In this document: one piece after another, positions 19,273 to 25,691 of the stretch
How the letters are laid out: each line of letters starts with the position of its first letter
How positions within the stretch are numbered: the stretch's first letter is position 1
Assembly (NCBI GenBank): GCA_944325415.1
Contig: CALUZW010000005.1
Span: 22,500-86,499 of the forward strand
DNA length: 64,000 nt
Direction: 5' to 3'
Source: an uncultured Bacteroidales bacterium
Lineage (GTDB): Bacteria; Bacteroidota; Bacteroidia; Bacteroidales; UBA11471
Position numbers and translations under genes: made by a program
Notes under the pieces: generated by a model
Databases searched by the model: none
What the model saw: the letters and a program-made list of their open reading frames with translations, nothing else
What the model was told of the DNA's origin: nothing

Positions 19273-19623
19273 TCTGTTTTATTTGATAAAAGCAATATAT
19301 TCCGAACGAAAAAGCGGCTCAATATTAGAATAATAAGGATAATCTATCACTTTCCGCCTTCGAGGGTTGTCGACAATGCCCACACACCATCTGAAACACA
19401 CACAATCAGGAGACTTATCATTAAGAAAGATGAATACGGCAGGGCCGACAAATCGGCATAAAAAAAGCCCCACAAATTGATTAAGCGTGTAGAGCTTGTC
19501 TATTTCATTAGCCGGCATTACCCGTATATTCCGCGGAGAGAAAGTCCTTACCTCCCTCCCAAGTGTTTCCGACACCAAGGGTTTCGAGGCCGCCATAATC
19601 AGCCACGGCAGTCTTGTTTCGCC

Positions 19624-20241
19624 TTAGTCTTTGGTGAGCGTATATCCTTTGTTTTCTTTTTGCAGCAGGCCTTGATTGACCAACTGCAATATGGCTCTCG
19701 ACAGGGAGGGGCGAGCTACACCAAGAATAAATGCAGCCTCTTGAAGATTCTGTATGGCGCCGTTTTGCTGTATATAACTTATAATTCTCGACGAGAGCGT
19801 CTGCAAGGCAAACTCGTTCAACCGCTTGCTCAGAAACACACTATGGTCCGATATGACCGTCAAATAATTTCGCAGGACCAAAGAATCTTCTTTGATAATC
19901 CGCAAAATACTCTCCTTGTTTACGATCCAAAGGCTACAATTACTGTTTGCCAGTATTGTAATGGGGAATATTCCTTCGGTGCTGAATATAAAGGAAGAGG
20001 CCAGGACATCGGGTGCCGACAAGGTGTCGAGGGTCAGTTCTTTCCCCTCCTCGCTTATCATCTTGGCATAGACACTGCCTTCGCACAGAATATACAGCGA
20101 ACGGCAGGCACTCCCCTGCACGGCGATGGTATCGCCTTTTTTATACTGGACATACCGGCTGGGAAAGTCGTGCATGATTTTCTCGATGGCATCTTTATTA
20201 CCGCCTTTAAACAAAGGCATTTCATAAATATCATTATTCAT
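19624..20241 (-). CDS. Crp/Fnr family transcriptional regulator
   Basis: 205-aa ORF. N-terminal cNMP-binding beta-barrel (FKGGNKDAIEKI...YKKGDTIAVQGSACRSLYILCEGSV) and C-terminal HTH (QEAAFILGVARPSLSRAILQLVNQGLL). Confidence 0.85.
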   Translation of the reverse strand: MNNDIYEMPLFKGGNKDAIEKIMHDFPSRYVQYKKGDTIAVQGSACRSLYILCEGSVYAKMISEEGKELTLDTLSAPDVLASSFIFSTEGIFPITILANSNCSLWIVNKESILRIIKEDSLVLRNYLTVISDHSVFLSKRLNEFALQTLSSRIISYIQQNGAIQNLQEAAFILGVARPSLSRAILQLVNQGLLQKENKGYTLTKD

Positions 20242-20287
20242 TTTCGCTGATTATATAATCCGATATTTTCCCGTTTTTTTTCGCTGC

Positions 20288-20301
20288 GTAACATTTGTTA
20301 C
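20288..20301. promoter_or_regulatory. perfect palindrome GTAACA-tt-TGTTAC, candidate Crp/Fnr-type operator
   Basis: 5-N4-5 (GTAAC ATTT GTTAC) inverted repeat in the divergent crp/lipoprotein-cluster intergenic region. Its centre is ~43 nt upstream of the TSS predicted from the -7 box at 20324-20331. Confidence 0.4.
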
Positions 20302-20323
20302 CGATTATAACCACGCAATCTGA

Positions 20324-20331
20324 TACTTTTG
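20324..20331 (+). promoter_or_regulatory. candidate -7 promoter box for the lipoprotein cluster
   Basis: tacttttg, 148 nt upstream of ATG 20479. Confidence 0.4.
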
Positions 20332-20478
20332 CATCGGTCAAAAAAAATTCAAGCCATGCTCGGTACAATTATCCTGGTATTTGTTTCAATAGGTAACATC
20401 GCCCTGCGATATTAACGACCAAATTTACCCATTTTGTTCCGTTTAATTTCTTTTTTCAATAAAAATATATTTATAAAA

Positions 20479-22398
20479 ATGAGACATACAATTTATCTCT
20501 TTCTGATAAGTATAATCGTACTCCTTCCTGCATGTGTAAAAGATGATTATCTGGACACTGTTCCCTCTGAGAACGGGTTCACCGGCATTTCGTTCCGGCT
20601 GGTACACGAGGGATATGCCTCGGAAGTACCGAGCGAAGGTTTAAAGAGTGGAGTTCGGGAAGAAGCGGTCATACCCTCTTCGGGCAAAATGACAAGACAA
20701 AGCCTCTCCAACTACGACAAAGTAGAGTTTGTCGTAATCGACGAAGAGGGGTATAAGGTCGAAGGTGTGAAAGGCATCTATGACAAGACTACGTCGAATA
20801 TGCGGTTGGAAGGCCTGCATGAGGGCTCTTACCGCATACTTATTCTGGGCGTGAAAGGCGACATCTCGGCCGACAAAGCGACGATAAACAGAATCGCCCA
20901 TGCATCAGACGTGTGGCTTTCGTTTCCCGCCGAACTGGCCAAACCCCTGGAATGCGAATATTTCTATTCGTCAACCCCGTTTACGGTAAGCAAGGTTTCT
21001 ACCTCGCTCGGGTATGAACTGGTGGCAGAGATTGCCGAGGACGTCGTTCAACGCCGCATAGTGGGGAGAGTGGATTTTGTCTTCTCGTACAATAATCCCT
21101 ATGTAAAAACAGCCCTCACCACAAATACGGTTACATTACACACGAGCCGGTTTTACACGCAGATTTCGGGTGAGGGTACTTTTTCGGGCGAAAGCAATGG
21201 CGAAATGAGAGTTCTGGATATGTCGGGACAGACCGAATATCTATTTATGCCGACGATTGCAGAGAGCCCGATAAAGGGAAGTGCCACCCAAAACACCCGG
21301 GACTATCGGGGACACACGACAAAACGCACCTACACCTTTGAGCTAAACAAGGTCGAGGAAAACCACATCGGCCGCATAGAGATAAACGTTGTACACCCCG
21401 ACGATGAAATGGGAACAATGTTTATTACCGGCCAGGCGTATGCCAAAGGGCAACACGGCTACATTCTGCAAGACGATGAACCGCACACCCTGTATACCGA
21501 CAAGAGTCTCCGCAACTTCAACACATCACGTCCGCTGCAACTCTCTGTAACCAATGATGGGCAGTTGCATGCAAGGTTCTACTCACCGCGCAGCCTCAAC
21601 AACGTTCTGGTAAAAGCGCGCATACCCTCCGTGGGCGACGAATATGTGCATTTAGCCTACTTCGACAGCATTCCGGCTTTTGCCGATTTCTATGAAGAAA
21701 TACCCCTTTTAAAGAAAGAGTTGTACTACCGTTCGGAATCGGGAAGGATTGTCAGAATACCCATGATGCAGGCCGATGATTTTTCGGGAATTGAGTTTGA
21801 AATTGAGTCAGATGATCCCTACCTAGAAAAGTTAAAGGCCATCATTCACGGGTGGAACATACGGTTCGACCTGTATGGAGGCGATCCGACCCGACCCGAT
21901 GGTGGTCCTGTCGGGAACTGGATGGGAATCCGACCCGTACATTGTCGCGAAGCCGTAGCTTTCTTCCTGAACTTTACATACATGATTGACATGCCCGAAC
22001 ACGAAGAGATATTACGGGCAAACGAAGACCGGCTGTATGGTAATGGTGGTGTAACCGACAAGGTTACTGCCGACGTCGTATTGCAACAGATGAGACAAGA
22101 ACGCACACTGAATGTCGGGCTGGTATATCCGGGGAATGGTGTTATCGGACTGGGGGGAGGTTCTGCCTTTGGAGTATATCAATCGGGCTGGCTGAATCAC
22201 TATACCAACACCTATGCCTGCGAAATCATGTTTCATGAGTTGGGGCACGTGATGGGCTACAACCATAGCAGCGCTTTCACTTACGGGCCTTGGGCACAAG
22301 AGCTTATGAACCATTTTTATGTAACGCATCTGAACGACATGCCCATAAACTCGTCCCATTACCTCAACAGCAGTAAAAATCCGACTCTTTATCAGTAA
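20479..22398 (+). CDS. lipoprotein: distant fimbrillin (Mfa2/FimB)-like N-terminal module + C-terminal metzincin-type zinc metallopeptidase
   Basis: Lipobox IIVLLPAC. N-terminal blocks (FVVIDEEGYKV, SYRILILGVKGD, VVQRRIVGRVDFVF) parallel those of the three downstream genes. HELGHVMGYNH at nt 22234-22266 fits HExxHxxGxxH, with a possible Met-turn (QELMN) 15 aa later. Confidence 0.7.
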   Translation: MRHTIYLFLISIIVLLPACVKDDYLDTVPSENGFTGISFRLVHEGYASEVPSEGLKSGVREEAVIPSSGKMTRQSLSNYDKVEFVVIDEEGYKVEGVKGIYDKTTSNMRLEGLHEGSYRILILGVKGDISADKATINRIAHASDVWLSFPAELAKPLECEYFYSSTPFTVSKVSTSLGYELVAEIAEDVVQRRIVGRVDFVFSYNNPYVKTALTTNTVTLHTSRFYTQISGEGTFSGESNGEMRVLDMSGQTEYLFMPTIAESPIKGSATQNTRDYRGHTTKRTYTFELNKVEENHIGRIEINVVHPDDEMGTMFITGQAYAKGQHGYILQDDEPHTLYTDKSLRNFNTSRPLQLSVTNDGQLHARFYSPRSLNNVLVKARIPSVGDEYVHLAYFDSIPAFADFYEEIPLLKKELYYRSESGRIVRIPMMQADDFSGIEFEIESDDPYLEKLKAIIHGWNIRFDLYGGDPTRPDGGPVGNWMGIRPVHCREAVAFFLNFTYMIDMPEHEEILRANEDRLYGNGGVTDKVTADVVLQQMRQERTLNVGLVYPGNGVIGLGGGSAFGVYQSGWLNHYTNTYACEIMFHELGHVMGYNHSSAFTYGPWAQELMNHFYVTHLNDMPINSSHYLNSSKNPTLYQ

Positions 22399-22417
22399 CC
22401 GCTTTTTTTGACATAAA

Positions 22418-24679
22418 ATGAATACAAGAATCTTCAAACTCACACCTGTATTTCTTTTCCTGCTCTGGGGAATAGTGGGGTGTAACGAAAATCTCGATAT
22501 GTTGGAGACTGGAAATGCCCAAATGATAACCGTAAGGTTGTCGCCCGATAATCTGTCGGGAAGCGGCAACGAATCCATCATCAAGAATGTAACCGGTTAT
22601 CGTTTTGTCGACGGCATACTCGAAGAAGTAATCACGCCCTCGCAGACAGGTGGTACAAACCAGTTTGCTTTCGCGCCGGCAACTTTCTCGGGCACGCTAT
22701 ACATATTGTGTAACTCTACATCATTAAAGGGTACCGGAACACTCACTCCCCGATATTCGACCCTCGACGAGTTTCTCGCCATGGAAGGCAGCATCGAAGA
22801 GATGACCGGCGACGGTCTGCTGATGACCGGCAAGACCGATATCGAGAAATCGACCTCTGCCGTCGTGGCGATGACACGAAGCATGGCAAGAGTCGATATC
22901 GAATCTCTCGAAAAGGGCGTACAGGTACAAAAAGTCATCATTCATAATTTGGCCGATAAAGGCTATGTCATGGCCAGAGAAAATGTAGCGACCGCCGCAT
23001 CGGCTGCCAGGTTTGATTTCATAAAAGAGTACGCCGATGCTCCTGTCGAGAACAAAAGCGAGACGCTCCTCTATATTCCCGAACAGACAAGCGATTCGCT
23101 TTTCGTAGAGGTTACCATTACATTCGGTGACGGATTGCACCTGCTTAAAGCAGCGCTCCCGTCGGTGATACGCCGGAACGAGGTTCACACCCTGAAAATT
23201 CACGGGAAGGGTGCCGAAATGCAACTCGTTATCGAAAGTGATGGCTGGGAGGCGGGAACATCGGCCGGGTCGAGCCCATCGATCGAAGGTCTTGTTGATG
23301 TAGAAAACTCCACACTCTCCGATGGAGTGAGGGTGAATGAAACAAGAGACACCGTCTTTGTTCCATATCATGGAAGCGACTTTGTATTGGCACTCATGGC
23401 CGAGGCAAACGCTACCGTAACTATCGACGGCTCGGTAGCCGGCGTAGAAATATCTCATAACGTCAATAAAGAGAGAAGCCTCTTAGAACGAATAGCCGAA
23501 GTTTCCGTCAGCAGCCGCCGGCGTATGCCCGGCCGGACGGCTGAAAGAATCCATTTGGACATCTATGGCAACGATGCAACCAATCTCGGTAGAGTCGTGC
23601 TTATTATCGAGTCCAACCCGATAGAGGTAGACGGGGCCATTCGTTTTGACGACAACGCAATGTGCGATTTCAAGCAATACATCGACGGAGAGCTGGGTAT
23701 CATCACGCTCCCGCCCCACAAGATACTCCACGTAGAATTTGATGCCGATGAATCGGCATGGCTGAAAGCTGCCGAAACAGCCTCCGAAGCGATTGATCCG
23801 GCAGACATGCCAGGCAAGAGATACCGTATTGTCAGTGGATGGAAACCCAACGACCCCAAAGCTGACGGACGGATTCAAGAGGGCCGGCTAATCATTTCGG
23901 ACGAAGATGGAAGCAACGAAGAGACCTATACCGTGCGAAGGATAAACTGGGGGTTACCCGTAGTGAAGATAGGTGAAACATGGTGGTGCAAATACAACTT
24001 GCGGGGAGATGTAAAATCTTTTGAAGACCAGATAACAATCCCCAACGACCCGGCACCTCATCACGACCTGCTTTCTTACCTGACGACCGTAGCCGACGAT
24101 GAGCTCCTGGAAATATTGGGCGATCAATATCAAGGCGGGAACAGCCGGGGACTGCCGTTGCGCCACGACGGGACCGCATTTTATCACGAGGGAATGGCCT
24201 CGCAGGCTCAGAACTTCGGGTTGCTCCCCCCGACAGAAATGGCTCCGCAAGGATACCAGATTCCCGACTATGATGATTACCTCGTCTTTTCTAAAAATGG
24301 GAACTTCAACCTTGGAGGCGTAGGCTCACGGACATATCAAAACAGCGCCGGGCAAGATATACGGATTACGATTGTAGAGAGAGATGTCAATTTTCTGGGT
24401 CATAACTATGGAATCATATCGTTCTATGATTTTGAGATAGACGGCTCTCATTACCTCCTTAACGGACTGGGGCACCAGTGGGACACGACACACGGGAATA
24501 TTGCCCGCATGAATCTGCTCCTGGCCACTTATGGGAACAGCAGTCAGACGTGGACAATGGAAGGATATGCAAGCGCCATAAAACCCAATGAAAACTGGAT
24601 TAAGTTTGTAACCAACAATGCCACAAAGACACGACTGATAAGATGCATCAAGACTCCCGTAGAATATATCTACGATTAA
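22418..24679 (+). CDS. lipoprotein: fimbrillin-like N-terminal module + beta-rich middle region + FISUMP/C-type-lectin-like C-terminal domain
   Basis: Lipobox LWGIVGC. Pilin-like blocks are GTLYILCNS, MTRSMARVDI and IRRNEVHTLKI. The C-terminal 250 aa (nt 23927-24676), VVKIGETWWCKYNL...PQGYQIPDYDDYLVF...TRLIRCIK, parallel the Fibrobacter major paralogous domain consensus (kiGnqtWmaeNL...GWrlP..eEw..L...SVRCvk). Confidence 0.7.
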   Translation: MNTRIFKLTPVFLFLLWGIVGCNENLDMLETGNAQMITVRLSPDNLSGSGNESIIKNVTGYRFVDGILEEVITPSQTGGTNQFAFAPATFSGTLYILCNSTSLKGTGTLTPRYSTLDEFLAMEGSIEEMTGDGLLMTGKTDIEKSTSAVVAMTRSMARVDIESLEKGVQVQKVIIHNLADKGYVMARENVATAASAARFDFIKEYADAPVENKSETLLYIPEQTSDSLFVEVTITFGDGLHLLKAALPSVIRRNEVHTLKIHGKGAEMQLVIESDGWEAGTSAGSSPSIEGLVDVENSTLSDGVRVNETRDTVFVPYHGSDFVLALMAEANATVTIDGSVAGVEISHNVNKERSLLERIAEVSVSSRRRMPGRTAERIHLDIYGNDATNLGRVVLIIESNPIEVDGAIRFDDNAMCDFKQYIDGELGIITLPPHKILHVEFDADESAWLKAAETASEAIDPADMPGKRYRIVSGWKPNDPKADGRIQEGRLIISDEDGSNEETYTVRRINWGLPVVKIGETWWCKYNLRGDVKSFEDQITIPNDPAPHHDLLSYLTTVADDELLEILGDQYQGGNSRGLPLRHDGTAFYHEGMASQAQNFGLLPPTEMAPQGYQIPDYDDYLVFSKNGNFNLGGVGSRTYQNSAGQDIRITIVERDVNFLGHNYGIISFYDFEIDGSHYLLNGLGHQWDTTHGNIARMNLLLATYGNSSQTWTMEGYASAIKPNENWIKFVTNNATKTRLIRCIKTPVEYIYD

Positions 24680-24722
24680 GATATTGAAAATCATAAACAC
24701 CGAACTTAACCGAAGCGCAATA

Positions 24723-25628
24723 ATGAAAACAAAACTTTTCTATACCGTATTCGCATCTTTAAGCCTTTTCACATCATGCTCGAAAGATGATGCAACAACC
24801 CCCTCCTTCCCCGATGGAAATGGAGATGGACACAGAACCGTAAAGACTTCCATAACAGAATATGATGGCATCGGGCCGGCCCTGGAAAACGAGAGTATCG
24901 TAACAGATATGCAGGCTTGTATATTTGAGGACGGAAAGATGACCCGTATCTATAACAACCTTGTTCTCTCAGGAAACAGTTTCGACATACAACTCGACAA
25001 ATATGCCGGAACATTGTATGTACTGGCAAATACCCAAGAACAGATTCACCTGGAAGAGTTGAAAAGTCAGGAGATAACGGAGGAAGAGTGGTTAAAGAGA
25101 TGGATGACGGTAAAAAACAATACACCGGTACATTTCTATTCGGGGAGTGTAAATCTGAACCACATGGAGGCCTCACAGACCACACTCCCGGTGAGTCTGA
25201 AAAGAGGGTTTGCCCGTTTCGACCTCCAAATCAGAACCGCGGGTACAGCATCGGTAAGCCGCATTACCTTGAAGAATGCCGCACAATCAGGCACCCTTTT
25301 TTCCGACGGCAGCGCATACACCCCCCAGGAAGTCCCTGTGGGCGACATGAGTGTCTCTTTCGACGCCCCGCTTGCGACAGATACTCCGGCCGTATTCTAT
25401 GCCTATGAACAGGCCAATGAGAATCTTGAAATAAGTGTCGAAGCCGTTATCAACGGGAAGTCTCATACCCTGACAAAAGCGTTTAACGGCGACATCATGC
25501 GCAACACGATTTATACGATAACCGTCCGCCAGGATGTCATCGATGTAACGGTCGAAGTCTCTTTCGACGAATGGGAAGAAGGGCCTGATACCGAACTCGT
25601 GCCCCACACGCTGAGCTCTTCAAATTAA
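24723..25628 (+). CDS. FimB/Mfa2-like fimbrillin-family lipoprotein (module only, 301 aa)
   Basis: Lipobox SLFTSC. Blocks ACIFEDGKMTRIY, GTLYVLANTQ, LPVSLKRGFARFDLQI, RNTIYTITVRQD and FDEWEEGPDTEL align one-to-one with the N-terminal 300 aa of the next gene. Start set at ATG 24723. Confidence 0.7.
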   Translation: MKTKLFYTVFASLSLFTSCSKDDATTPSFPDGNGDGHRTVKTSITEYDGIGPALENESIVTDMQACIFEDGKMTRIYNNLVLSGNSFDIQLDKYAGTLYVLANTQEQIHLEELKSQEITEEEWLKRWMTVKNNTPVHFYSGSVNLNHMEASQTTLPVSLKRGFARFDLQIRTAGTASVSRITLKNAAQSGTLFSDGSAYTPQEVPVGDMSVSFDAPLATDTPAVFYAYEQANENLEISVEAVINGKSHTLTKAFNGDIMRNTIYTITVRQDVIDVTVEVSFDEWEEGPDTELVPHTLSSSN

Positions 25629-25633
25629 AAAAA

Positions 25634-25650
25634 GCCCCACGGCGTGGGGC
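25634..25650. other. GC-rich intracistronic hairpin after the short fimbrillin-like gene
   Basis: gccccac-ggc-gtggggc (7-bp stem), preceded by a 7-A run and not followed by a T run on the + strand. Confidence 0.5.
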
Positions 25651-25691
25651 GCTTGCAATCTTTGTTACACATAGAAAATGATATGGACATT

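Noticed and set aside
19477-20250. 257-aa plus-strand ORF over the crp region
   Set aside because: It lies antisense to a clear Crp/Fnr gene (cNMP domain + HTH), and its translation has no motif.
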